The notes beneath the pieces are model-generated. The model was not told the origin of the DNA and searched no databases. It saw nothing but the letters and a program-made list of their open reading frames with translations. A stretch of DNA of 64,000 nt from contig OZ244034.1 of the NCBI GenBank assembly GCA_965215185.1, positions 32,001 through 96,000 of the forward strand, written 5' to 3'. The position numbers and the translations under genes are program-made. This document shows, one piece after another, positions 23,711 through 33,287 of the stretch (position 1 is its first letter; each line of letters starts with the position of its first letter). This DNA is from Acidimicrobiia bacterium. Its GTDB lineage: Bacteria > Actinomycetota > Acidimicrobiia > Spongiisociales > ZC4RG35.

Positions 23711-24949
23711 GTGAAGCGTCAGGTTGCCGACCTCGAGTTGACTGCAATTCGCCGTCGGTTGGTCTATGTGCTCTTTTCCGGTGCCACCCTGGGGTGGGTC
23801 GCGTTCGTGGCCACCCTGACCGTGGCGACAGTGGCTGCCCGTTCCCTGACCGGGTCCACCGCAATCGCCGGGTTTCCCTTGGCCGCCGGGGCCTTGGGAC
23901 AGGCATTTGGGACCAATCTGTTCGGCAGGTGGAGCGCCCGGTATGGGCGGCGTTTCATCATGCTGGCGGGTCCTCCCATGTCGGCATTCGGCGCCACTAT
24001 GGAACTGTTGGGGGTGGTGTTCGGCTGGTATTGGATGCTGGTGGTTGGGGCGGTGTTCGTGGGTGGTGGTATCGGCGCCATCCACCTGACCAGGTACGCG
24101 GCCGCTGAGTTGAGTGAAGAGGGCCAGCGGGGTCGAGCGGTGGGGATTCTGGTGTGGTCGGGCACCATCGGGTCGCTGGCGGGAGCCAATCTGGTGGACT
24201 GGACAGGTCAGATGGCAGAGGAATGGCTGGGTACGCCCTACGGAGGCGCTTTCCTGCTGGCCGCGGCTGCTTTTCTGCTCTCCTGGTTGATTTTCTTGAC
24301 GGCTCTTCGTCCCGACCCCTCCCAGGTGGCTGTCACCACCCAGGAGCGGCCTGCGGCCAAGGGGTCGGTGGGCTCGGCTCTGCGGCTTTCCTCGGTGCAA
24401 ATCTCCGTGTTGGCTTTGTTATCCGCGCAGGTGACGATGGTGCTGGTGATGACCGCCACTCCTCTGCGGATCGAGGATGCGGGCTATGGGCTGGACATTG
24501 TGGGCTTGGTGATCTCGACCCACGCGGTGGGAATGTTTGCCTTCGCTCCGTTGGTAGGGAAGCTGGTTGACCGTATAGGGCATCTTCCTGTCCTGCTGAT
24601 CGGAGCAGTGGTGAGCTGGGGCTCTCTGCTCCTGACCGGAACCGCACCTCAGGAAGGCTATTGGATGTTGATCGCCGGGCTCTTGGTCCTGGGCCTGGGA
24701 TGGAGTTTCAGCTTCGTGGCGGGCAGTTCCATGCTGTTTGCTTCCGCTCCTTCCGATGTGCGCCAAGTGGTGGAAGGTTGGGCGGACTCGGCCATCTGGA
24801 CGGTAGTGATGTTGGGAAGTGTGGGAGCGGGGCTGCTTATGAACTCGATCGGATACGCCATGCTCAACCTGGTGGCGGCCTGCCCCTTGTTGATCATTGT
24901 CACAATGGTGTTTTCGACTCGCAGGCTCCGCACGGCGCTCTTCGCCTAG
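23711..24949 (+). CDS. MFS transporter (paralog 2, tandem duplicate)
   Basis: Colinear with paralog 1 with long identical peptides (RRRLVYVLFSGATLGW, SMLFASAPSDVRQ). Confidence 0.92.
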   Translation: MKRQVADLELTAIRRRLVYVLFSGATLGWVAFVATLTVATVAARSLTGSTAIAGFPLAAGALGQAFGTNLFGRWSARYGRRFIMLAGPPMSAFGATMELLGVVFGWYWMLVVGAVFVGGGIGAIHLTRYAAAELSEEGQRGRAVGILVWSGTIGSLAGANLVDWTGQMAEEWLGTPYGGAFLLAAAAFLLSWLIFLTALRPDPSQVAVTTQERPAAKGSVGSALRLSSVQISVLALLSAQVTMVLVMTATPLRIEDAGYGLDIVGLVISTHAVGMFAFAPLVGKLVDRIGHLPVLLIGAVVSWGSLLLTGTAPQEGYWMLIAGLLVLGLGWSFSFVAGSSMLFASAPSDVRQVVEGWADSAIWTVVMLGSVGAGLLMNSIGYAMLNLVAACPLLIIVTMVFSTRRLRTALFA

Positions 24950-25644
24950 GGGGCTTTGGGGTTAGCGTCGCTGCGTGCAAGGCGGTATCCCCACCAGATG
25001 AGCGCCGCTGCCGCCAGCAGGGAGACCGAAAAAGCCGAAGATTCATTGAGGAAACCGAGGAGGGTGCCTCCGGTTGCCGCAGCCAGGACTCCGGCCGTGA
25101 TGATCAGATTCGCCACCGCCCGCCGGGGATTGGATTTGCGAAAACGGATCGCTCCCCATAAGGCAGCGGTGATAAGCACCAACGTTCCCATTCCTCCAGC
25201 GATGGCAGCCAACAGACGGGGACCGAATCCCGCTTCGGCAATGGTGGCAAAGATGTCGGAGGGGATACCACCGTCTGGCAGGGACCGGGCAAATGGGGTG
25301 ACGCTCACCAGGGTGGTGGCCATCGCCGAAAACCCGAAAAGACCCATCACCATGATGTGTCCGACCCGCCGACCCACCGAGAGGAATACCGATCCCACTG
25401 CCAGGAATGGGATATTGAGAACCGCGCCAAACAAGAAGAAGGTCCGATAACTGAACCCGCTCCATCCCCAAACTTGGCCGATGAACAAAGCCCACACCCC
25501 CATAGTGAACATGGCCATTCCGGTTGTGTAGGCTGACAAATGCGGCCGCGGTCGTCTCCGCAGATCACGGGTGAGATCCAGGGTGGCGACGGTGGCCACT
25601 ACGGCTGCCGAGGCGGCTAGACCCAATCCGGCGAAGCTGCCCAC
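24946..25644 (-). CDS. Hypothetical multi-pass membrane protein
   Basis: About 7 hydrophobic helices; GTG start 7 nt after TAGCAT. Confidence 0.7.
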   Translation of the reverse strand: MGSFAGLGLAASAAVVATVATLDLTRDLRRRPRPHLSAYTTGMAMFTMGVWALFIGQVWGWSGFSYRTFFLFGAVLNIPFLAVGSVFLSVGRRVGHIMVMGLFGFSAMATTLVSVTPFARSLPDGGIPSDIFATIAEAGFGPRLLAAIAGGMGTLVLITAALWGAIRFRKSNPRRAVANLIITAGVLAAATGGTLLGFLNESSAFSVSLLAAAALIWWGYRLARSDANPKAP

Positions 25645-25681
25645 CGTAGGGATGCTATCAGGTGAAAAAGGAGTTTTGTCA

Positions 25682-27415
25682 ATGAGCGGACCAAGGCCTT
25701 GGCCCGGAGTACCGGATATGACTGTGGAGCGGGATGTTCCCGCCCGGATGAGAGACGGAACCGTCCTCTATGCCGACATCTATCGCCCGGTTACCGATGC
25801 CTTGTTACCGGTACTTTTGATGCGCTCCCCCTATGACAAGCGCAACGCCACCATGCCCTTCGGTCATGCCCACCCGATCTGGTACGCCTCTCAGGGGTAC
25901 GTGGTGGTGATCCAGGACTGCCGGGGTCGGGCAGCCTCGGAAGGCGAGTTCTATCCGTATCTGCATGAAAGCGCCGACGGCTGGGACACTGTGGAATGGG
26001 CGGCGCGGCTTCCGGGATCCGATGGTCGGGTGGGGATGTGGGGATTCTCCTATGTGGGCGCCACCCAGTTGCTGGCAGCCGTCGAACGCCCTCCCAGTCT
26101 GGCTGCCATCGCTCCCGCCTTCACCGCTTCCCAGTATTACGAGGGGTGGACGTACAACGGCGGTGCCCTTTCGCTGGCATTCGTTCTCTATTGGGCGAAT
26201 CTGCTGGCTCTCGACACCGCCCACCGCGCCGGGGACCGCGCCGCCTTCGAGTCCTTGGGAGCCTCTCTGGCGGAGGCGCCCGGCTGGTTTTGGTCCCTTC
26301 CCCTCAAGGACTATCCACCGTTGTCCGACGGATACGCTCCCTGGTTCTACGACTGGCTGGAGCACTGCACATATGACGACTACTGGAAACGGTGGTCCAT
26401 CGATGAGGATTACAGCCGGATCACTGTCCCCGCCTTGCATGTGGGAGGCTGGTATGACGTCTTCGTCTCCGGTACGGTGCGCAACTTCTCGGGTCTGCGC
26501 AACCAGGCGGGTACGCAGTCCTCCCGCCAGGGACAGAAACTGCTGCTCGGCCCCTGGACGCACATGCCGTGGAGCCCGCAGGGCTCCGCCGAGGGCCGCC
26601 CTCCCGACACGATCGGAATCGATGACTGGCATGTCCGGTGGTTCGACCAGATGATCAAAGGAAAGGACACCGGAGTGTTGGACAGTCCGGTCACGGTCCA
26701 CCTGTACGACGGAGGATGGAGACACTACGACGACTGGCCTCCCGCGGGAGTGGAGCATCAAGAATGGTTTATTCACTCCGGTGGGAGGGCCAACTCCAAA
26801 TTCGGAGATGGAGCGCTGAGCAGAAAAGGACCCGCAGAAGAGCCCCCCGATCTCTTTGTTTACGATCCAGCTCTTCCTTCTCCCAGCCAGGGTGGGCATT
26901 CCTGCTGTTTCGACACCATCACCCCGATGGGCCCGGCCGACCAGCATGCCCTGGAAACTTCCCGAATGGTGCTGGTTTACACCTCGGAGCCGCTTCGGGG
27001 GGATATGACATTGGTGGGGGATGTGACCGTAACCCTGTGGGCGGCCACCACCGCCGCCGATACCGACTGGACGGCGAGACTCTGTGTGGTGGATCCCGCT
27101 GGAGTCTCCACCAACCTCCAGGAGGGAATCATCCGAGCCCGATACCGTGAGTCGCTGTCAGATCCCACCCCGATCCAACCGGATCAGGTCTACAAATACA
27201 CCATTGATATGGGACCGGTGGGGGCCTTGATAGAGGCCGGACACCGACTGCGTCTGGTGCTCGGGAGCTCGGATTTTCCCCAGTGGGACCGCAACATGAA
27301 CACCGGCGGACCGCTCTTCACCGAGCCCTCCACGGCCGGGATGCCCGCCACTCAGACGGTCCTTCACAATATTTCGTATCCAACCCGAATCACTCTCCCC
27401 TTCCTGGAAGGATAA
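25682..27415 (+). CDS. CocE/NonD family serine hydrolase
   Basis: MRDGTVLYADIYRP, RSPY, QDCRG, GFSYVG nucleophile, GGWYD, GPWTH, C-terminal PepX-like domain. Confidence 0.95.
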   Translation: MSGPRPWPGVPDMTVERDVPARMRDGTVLYADIYRPVTDALLPVLLMRSPYDKRNATMPFGHAHPIWYASQGYVVVIQDCRGRAASEGEFYPYLHESADGWDTVEWAARLPGSDGRVGMWGFSYVGATQLLAAVERPPSLAAIAPAFTASQYYEGWTYNGGALSLAFVLYWANLLALDTAHRAGDRAAFESLGASLAEAPGWFWSLPLKDYPPLSDGYAPWFYDWLEHCTYDDYWKRWSIDEDYSRITVPALHVGGWYDVFVSGTVRNFSGLRNQAGTQSSRQGQKLLLGPWTHMPWSPQGSAEGRPPDTIGIDDWHVRWFDQMIKGKDTGVLDSPVTVHLYDGGWRHYDDWPPAGVEHQEWFIHSGGRANSKFGDGALSRKGPAEEPPDLFVYDPALPSPSQGGHSCCFDTITPMGPADQHALETSRMVLVYTSEPLRGDMTLVGDVTVTLWAATTAADTDWTARLCVVDPAGVSTNLQEGIIRARYRESLSDPTPIQPDQVYKYTIDMGPVGALIEAGHRLRLVLGSSDFPQWDRNMNTGGPLFTEPSTAGMPATQTVLHNISYPTRITLPFLEG

Positions 27416-27416
27416 G

Positions 27417-28259
27417 ATGGCCCGCAGTATCAACCCCGAACCCGCCTCGGCACAAGCAAAGCCTCCTTCGGCGGTGGCGCGCTTTACAGGAAAGAACGTG
27501 TTGGTCACCGGAGCAGGCAGCGGCTTCGGGCGTCGGACCGCCGAGCGTTTTGCCTCCGAAGGGGCGGCCAATCTGTATCTGGTGGATCGCCGACCTGAAC
27601 GTTTGCAAGAGGTGGCCGGGGTAATCAGAGAACTGGGCGCCAATCCGGTTCCCATCTGTGTGGATCTGGGAGTCACCAAAGACTGCGAGTCGGCGATCGA
27701 CCAGGCGTTGGCAGTCGACCCGCGCCTCGATGTGCTGATTTCCAACGCGGCAGCCTGGGTGCAGAGACCCTTCATAGAGATGACCCACGATGACTGGCGG
27801 CGGGTGATGTCGGTGAACCTCGACGCCTATTTCACCCTCTCTCAGCGAGCCGCCCAGGCTATGAAGAACACCGGTGGCGGGGTGATCCTTTTCACCTCCT
27901 CCATCAGCGCTCTCGGCCACGGGAGAAATTTCACCGCATACTGTGTGGGCAAGGCGGCGATCGTTTCCTTGGCCAAGGCGATTGCCGTGGAGTTGGCCCC
28001 CTGGAAGATCCGGGCCAACTGCGTGAGTCCCGGGCCGGCGGACACCCAGCAGTCGGTGGACATTGCGGGGGAGGACTTGATGAACAAATGGCGGGCGGAG
28101 GGATTCCCGGTGGTGCCCATGAACCGGCTGGCCGCCACCGATGACATCGCCTCGGCCTTCTTGTATCTCGCTTCCGATGATGCCCGCTACGTGAGCGGGA
28201 TCAATCTGGTGGTGGACGGCGCCTACACCGCCCAGGTGTACGACTTGCCCAAGAGCTAG
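27417..28259 (+). CDS. Short-chain dehydrogenase/reductase
   Basis: TGAGSGFG, SNAA, YCVGK (YxxxK), NCVSPG, VVDG. Confidence 0.95.
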   Translation: MARSINPEPASAQAKPPSAVARFTGKNVLVTGAGSGFGRRTAERFASEGAANLYLVDRRPERLQEVAGVIRELGANPVPICVDLGVTKDCESAIDQALAVDPRLDVLISNAAAWVQRPFIEMTHDDWRRVMSVNLDAYFTLSQRAAQAMKNTGGGVILFTSSISALGHGRNFTAYCVGKAAIVSLAKAIAVELAPWKIRANCVSPGPADTQQSVDIAGEDLMNKWRAEGFPVVPMNRLAATDDIASAFLYLASDDARYVSGINLVVDGAYTAQVYDLPKS

Positions 28260-28278
28260 GGGGTCCTGCGAAAGAAGG

Positions 28279-29445
28279 TCAACCGGCCAGGAGGACGGCG
28301 GTTTCGGCGATGATCTCGGCTGCCAGAGCGGTGTCTTCTATCTCTACCCACTCTTCGTCGGAGTGGGCCTGATCTATGGAACCGGGCCCGAAAATGACAC
28401 TCGGTATACCTGCGGGGGCGAACCAGGCGCCGTCAGTGCCGTAGGGAACGCCGATCGGTTCGCCAGGCGCGCCCAGGATGGACTGGCGGGCGGTTTGCAG
28501 AACCTTCACCAAGGGGTGGTCGACGGGGGTGTCCAGGGGTTTCATGTCCAAAGAGTTGGGGCGCAGGCGCGTCTCGATTCCGCTCTCGGCCAGAGTGGCT
28601 AAGAGATCTTCGATGTCTGCCAGGATTTCTTTGGAGTCTTCCCCGGGGTTGACGCGCCGGTCCATGCTGATCACGCATTGCGCCGGGACGATGTTGAGCG
28701 CCGTTCCCCCCCGGATCAAAGAGGTGTTGATGGTCGGATTTCCCACCAGCGGATGGTTGATCTCGGCCAGGGTGGGGATATAGCGGTTTTCCAGGGCATC
28801 AAGCACCCGGGACATGTGGTGAATGGCGTTCACTCCCAGGTGGGGCTTGGAGGAGTGAGCGGGAGAGCCCACGGTCTCGATCTCGAAACGAAGCACCCCC
28901 TTGTGGGCGGTGGCCAACTCGAGGCCGGTGGGTTCCCCCACGATGGCCATGTCGATGTCGGAGCGTGCCTCGCAGAGTGCTATTGCTCCGGTGCCGGCAA
29001 CCTCTTCGTCGATGCCTCCCACGAACAGGATCGAAGGGCGCTGCATGGGATCCAGGTCCCACACCATATGCAGCGCCTCAACCATCGCCACCAGGGAGCC
29101 CTTGGTGTCGCAGGCCCCCCGTCCATGCACTCGGGTTCCTTCCACCACCGCCTTGGGCCAGGCTTTGCCGGAGGGAGTGACCGTGTCAAGGTGGGCTTGC
29201 CACATCACCAGCGGCTTGGCGTCGGCGCCCTTCAGGCTAACCAGGATGTTGTCTCGACCCCCGGGATGAACCGGCTGGCGGGTAGGGTTCATTCCGGCCG
29301 CTTCGAGGTAGTCGAAGAGGGCGGTGGCCAACTCGGTTTCACCCGGTCCTCCATCAAGGGCGGGGTTCACAGAGTGGATGCTCACGAACTGCTCGAGTAG
29401 GGAGCGGATGCGGTTGCGGTCGGCGGTGCCTAGAAATCTGGACAT
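28279..29445 (-). CDS. M20 metallopeptidase, ArgE/DapE-like deacylase
   Basis: AHLDTV, GRGACDTKG, DEE, GEPT, AHSS, GPGSIDQAHSDEE; start placed 7 nt after TAGCAT. Confidence 0.92.
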   Translation of the reverse strand: MSRFLGTADRNRIRSLLEQFVSIHSVNPALDGGPGETELATALFDYLEAAGMNPTRQPVHPGGRDNILVSLKGADAKPLVMWQAHLDTVTPSGKAWPKAVVEGTRVHGRGACDTKGSLVAMVEALHMVWDLDPMQRPSILFVGGIDEEVAGTGAIALCEARSDIDMAIVGEPTGLELATAHKGVLRFEIETVGSPAHSSKPHLGVNAIHHMSRVLDALENRYIPTLAEINHPLVGNPTINTSLIRGGTALNIVPAQCVISMDRRVNPGEDSKEILADIEDLLATLAESGIETRLRPNSLDMKPLDTPVDHPLVKVLQTARQSILGAPGEPIGVPYGTDGAWFAPAGIPSVIFGPGSIDQAHSDEEWVEIEDTALAAEIIAETAVLLAG

Positions 29446-29519
29446 GGCCATGATGCTACCGGAGCCAACATCCCCTGACTTCTCGCATATTTTTCGGAGA
29501 AGGGGTAGTTTTGCCTGGT

Positions 29520-30218
29520 ATGAGACTTCTGGTGGTAGAGGACGAGGTTGATCTGGCCCACGCCGTTGCACGGGGACTTAGGCGCAGTCGTTATGCGGTG
29601 GATGTGGCTCATACCCTGGAGGACGCCCTTCTCAGGTTGGTCTCTGCTGGATACGATCTGGTCGTTTTGGACTGGAACATGCCGGATGGGAAGGGAGTGG
29701 ATCTCTGCCGCCGCTTGGCGGACGGATCGATCCCGGCCTTTGAAGGGAAGGCGCCGCGGGTATTGATGCTCACCGCTCGAGATGGGGTGGAAGACCGGGT
29801 GACAGGCCTTGATGCGGGGGCGGATGACTATTTGGTGAAACCCTTCGCATTTGCGGAACTGCAGGCTCGAATCAGAGCCATACTGCGGCGGGACGAGGAA
29901 TCGAGCCCGATATTGGAGGTGGGGGATTTGCGACTGGACACGGCCCGTTTCGAGGTGTCCCGCGGCGGCATGCCCCTGCGATTGACAGCCAAGGAGTTTT
30001 CTCTGCTGGAGTACCTGATGACCAGGGCGGGGCAGGTGCTTTCCCAGGAGACTCTCCTGGAGCATGTCTGGGACGAGGCGGCTGACCCCTTCACCAATAC
30101 GGTGCGCATGACTCTCTCCAACCTGCGCAGAAAGCTGGGGGAACCGGCGGTCATCCACACCGTACCGGGGCGTGGATACGTGATAGCGGCGGATGCGCCT
30201 TCTACATTGGGATCATGA
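29520..30218 (+). CDS. OmpR-family response regulator
   Basis: LLVVEDE, LDWNMP, MLTA, GADDYLVKPF, winged helix TVPGRGY. Confidence 0.95.
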   Translation: MRLLVVEDEVDLAHAVARGLRRSRYAVDVAHTLEDALLRLVSAGYDLVVLDWNMPDGKGVDLCRRLADGSIPAFEGKAPRVLMLTARDGVEDRVTGLDAGADDYLVKPFAFAELQARIRAILRRDEESSPILEVGDLRLDTARFEVSRGGMPLRLTAKEFSLLEYLMTRAGQVLSQETLLEHVWDEAADPFTNTVRMTLSNLRRKLGEPAVIHTVPGRGYVIAADAPSTLGS

Positions 30219-31384
30219 AGCTGCCTTCCACTTTCTCATCCATCCGCTTCCGTTTGTCGGTGCTTTCCACGACGGTGGTATTTTTTCTGGGTTCGGCTGG
30301 GGTGCTCTCGATCTTCTTTGTGATTCGTCATGGTCTGCGCAACGAGCGGGTGATGGGTCTGGTGTTGACGCCCGGCCAAACGGTGGTTCGCGACGGCGTC
30401 CGCTACATAATCCCCCAACTGGAAATGAGACAGTTTCAGACCGTAGAGACGGTGTTGCGGGAACGGATACTGGAGGACATCACCGGCCTTATCCTGTCGT
30501 GGCTGTTGTGGATGTTTCTGGTCAGTTTGGTGATTGGTTGGTTCCTGGCTGGCCGAACCTTGAGGCCAATCAGCCGGATCGCCGAGGTGGCCGAGAACAT
30601 CCAAGCCCAAGATCTCACCCGGCGGATCAACCTTTCGGGACCCGATGACGAACTCACCCGTCTGGCGGGGACCTTCGACGCCATGCTCGATCGTTTGAGC
30701 GGGTCGTTCCGGCTGCAGCAGCAGTTCTTGGCCTCCACTTCTCATGATCTTCGCAACCCCTTGGCGGTGATCCGCTCCAATCTGGAAGTGAGTCTGGCCG
30801 ATCCCGACGCCACGGTGGATGACTGGAGGGAGACCGGAGAAGTGGTTTCCCGGGCGTCCCGCAAGATGTCGGAGATGATCGACCGCCTGCTGGAGGCGGC
30901 CCGTCTGGAGGTCGGTTTGGCCAAGATCTCCGATTTGGACCTATCTGATCTAGTGACCTCCACTGCTCAGGCGGTAGCGGCGTTGGCCGAGGAGAAGGGC
31001 CTTGGCATCGTCGTGGACACTCGCCCCACTCCGGTGTCGGGGGACGGTCTTGCCCTGGCCCGGATCCTCGAAAACCTGCTCGATAATGCCATTGCGGCTG
31101 CCCGGTCGGAGACCTGCATTGGGCTGGGTTGCGGGATGACAGACGGATGGGCATGGATGGCAGTGGCCGACCGGGGCCCGGGTCTCGATCCCAGCCTGAT
31201 CTCGGGAGACTCTCACGGGGGAGGGGGACTGGGGTTGGCCATCGCCCGCCATTTGACCGAGTCGCACGGAGGTAAGCTGGCCACATTCCGAAGAGTTGGA
31301 GGCGGAACAGTGATGGTGGTGTGGGTACCCTCTCGCAAGGGCGTCGGGAGCGAGTGCACTCCCGACGTTAACCCCTTAAACTGA
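30215..31384 (+). CDS. HAMP-domain sensor histidine kinase
   Basis: Two TMs, HAMP (DDELTRL), H box SHDLRNPL, NLLDNA, DRGPG, GLGLAIA. Confidence 0.92.
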   Translation: MKLPSTFSSIRFRLSVLSTTVVFFLGSAGVLSIFFVIRHGLRNERVMGLVLTPGQTVVRDGVRYIIPQLEMRQFQTVETVLRERILEDITGLILSWLLWMFLVSLVIGWFLAGRTLRPISRIAEVAENIQAQDLTRRINLSGPDDELTRLAGTFDAMLDRLSGSFRLQQQFLASTSHDLRNPLAVIRSNLEVSLADPDATVDDWRETGEVVSRASRKMSEMIDRLLEAARLEVGLAKISDLDLSDLVTSTAQAVAALAEEKGLGIVVDTRPTPVSGDGLALARILENLLDNAIAAARSETCIGLGCGMTDGWAWMAVADRGPGLDPSLISGDSHGGGGLGLAIARHLTESHGGKLATFRRVGGGTVMVVWVPSRKGVGSECTPDVNPLN

Positions 31385-31441
31385 TGACATGGGACGCCTT
31401 TATGCTGGATTTAGCCCCACTTTTACATAACGAATGCAGAC

Positions 31442-32983
31442 ATGACTGAAACCCCTTCCCCTGACCCATCGGCCCAGTCAGAGCATGCTCACCCTCTGGA
31501 CGACCTTCCGGGGGATGGGGCTGTCGACGATGGCCAGGTTGAGATGCGCGGCGAAGAGTTACCGGACGAATCTGTAAGTGAGATTGCTGGCGCCGGAGAC
31601 GCCGGTGACTCCGAGAAGGTTGATCCGTCCCTTCAGGCGACTTCTGAGAGCGAAGCAACCGACGAGGTCCCTAGTAGTTCGGAACTGTCCGATCTCTCCG
31701 AAGAGGTTTTTGTCTTTGTCACTTCGGCGACAGCCGGTTCTTCTCTGGCCTCCAAGGTAAGAAGCAGCTTTCGGGAAATGGGCTGGAAGATGATGGCCGC
31801 CGCTGGAGTTGTGTTACTGGTGGCGGGGTTCGCGGCAGGCGTCTTCTTTCCCGATCCTTCGAATGGAGAATCGGTCTCCACAGACGAGGTCGTGACGACC
31901 ACTGCTGCCACTATCCCCACTGCTGACTCCTCGACCACCACCTCCACGGCTGCGCCTTCCACTACGGCCGCCCCTTCACCCACCCCCTCCACCGTGACCA
32001 CCCAGAACGAGTCGGTGGTCGTCCCGTCCCCCGACTTTGTGGACACCGGCGAGCCGGTGGCGGATGTGGCCGACCGCTTGCTGCCCTCTGTGGTCCATCT
32101 TGAAATCAGCAGCGACATTGTTTTTGAGCAGGGGGCGGGCAGCGGGGTGATCTTCGACAGCAGCGGATATATTCTCACGGCCGCCCATGTAGTGGAGACG
32201 GTCGTGGATGGGGCGGCGGAGGTGACCGTGCGACTCTCCAACGGCGACCGCCTCCCGGGCGAGGTGGTGGGAACCGATCCCGCCAGTGACGTGGCGGTGG
32301 TGAGAGTGGGCCGTTCCGGTTTGACTCCCGCGGAACTTGCTTTGGATGACGCACCCCGGGCCGGCCAGTTGGTGGTGGCGGTGGGCAGTCCCTGGGGTTT
32401 GGAGTCATCCGTTACCTCGGGGGTGATCAGCGCTGCCGATCGGATGGTGGATGGGAAAATCTTGATTCAGAGTGACGCGGTGCTTTATCCGGGCAACTCC
32501 GGCGGGGCTCTGGCTGATAGGCACGGCCGGTTGATAGGCATTAACGTCTCCATCTTCTCCAATTCCACCTCCTTGGAGCAGGTGGAGTTCCAAGGGGTGG
32601 GTTTTGCGGTACCCGTCGATATCGCCTATCGGGTTGCGCAGGCTCTGATAGCCGGGCGGCCCGTTCACACCGCTTTCCTAGGGGTGAGCGGACGCGACAC
32701 ACAAGGGGACGCCGGCGTGGAGGTCATGGAAATCTTCCCCGGTTCGGGCGCGGAGCAGTCGGGGTTGATGGTTGGGGATGTGGTGGTGGCGGTGGGAGGC
32801 CGCCCAGTCACCGGAATAGCCGACTTGGCTGCCCGGATTCGTCACCTGGTGCCCGGTGATGTTCTCGTCCTGAGTGTTATGCGGGGCGAGGACGAGTTCA
32901 CCTTGACTGCCGCTCTGCTTCCCAGAAGCGAAGTCATGCCGGACCAGCCAAGCGAGGACTCCCCGGAGGGCGAAACGCCGTAA
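31442..32983 (+). CDS. HtrA/DegP-like trypsin protease with PDZ domain
   Basis: GSGVI, LTAAHV, DVAVV, PGNSGG catalytic motif, C-terminal PDZ; acidic N-tail, TM and Thr-rich linker. Confidence 0.93.
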   Translation: MTETPSPDPSAQSEHAHPLDDLPGDGAVDDGQVEMRGEELPDESVSEIAGAGDAGDSEKVDPSLQATSESEATDEVPSSSELSDLSEEVFVFVTSATAGSSLASKVRSSFREMGWKMMAAAGVVLLVAGFAAGVFFPDPSNGESVSTDEVVTTTAATIPTADSSTTTSTAAPSTTAAPSPTPSTVTTQNESVVVPSPDFVDTGEPVADVADRLLPSVVHLEISSDIVFEQGAGSGVIFDSSGYILTAAHVVETVVDGAAEVTVRLSNGDRLPGEVVGTDPASDVAVVRVGRSGLTPAELALDDAPRAGQLVVAVGSPWGLESSVTSGVISAADRMVDGKILIQSDAVLYPGNSGGALADRHGRLIGINVSIFSNSTSLEQVEFQGVGFAVPVDIAYRVAQALIAGRPVHTAFLGVSGRDTQGDAGVEVMEIFPGSGAEQSGLMVGDVVVAVGGRPVTGIADLAARIRHLVPGDVLVLSVMRGEDEFTLTAALLPRSEVMPDQPSEDSPEGETP

Positions 32984-33081
32984 CCGGCGCAGCGGAGCGT
33001 ATCCCCGTGGTGGGTCGTCTCTCGAGTCGGCGGTCCTTCCCTCGCCCGGGACAGGGGAGGTGCTATGCTTTTTGTCTGACC

Positions 33082-33198
33082 GCCGGGAGACAACGGTGGT
33101 CTTTCCCAGGGACGTAGCGAAGTCCGGTTGAAGTCCGGCGCTGTCCCGCAACTGTTAAGCCCTTCGAGAAGGGACAAGTCAGGACGCCTGGTCCCGGG
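33082..33198 (+). promoter_or_regulatory. Cobalamin riboswitch
   Basis: GAAGTCCGGTTGAAGTCCGG, GCTGTCCCGCAACTGT and B12-box AGTCAGGACGCCT upstream of btu-like genes. Confidence 0.93.
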
Positions 33199-33264
33199 AT
33201 GACGGATGAACCTCGGATGAAGATGTAGTTCGTCGGCGGGTGTTCCCGTTTGACTCTCTCCCTT

Positions 33265-33284
33265 CATCCTCCTCAAGGAGGATG
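33265..33284 (+). promoter_or_regulatory. RBS-sequestering hairpin (riboswitch expression platform)
   Basis: CATCCTCC-TCAA-GGAGGATG, a perfect 8-bp stem covering the Shine-Dalgarno of the 33288 ATG. Confidence 0.75.
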
Positions 33285-33287
33285 TTT

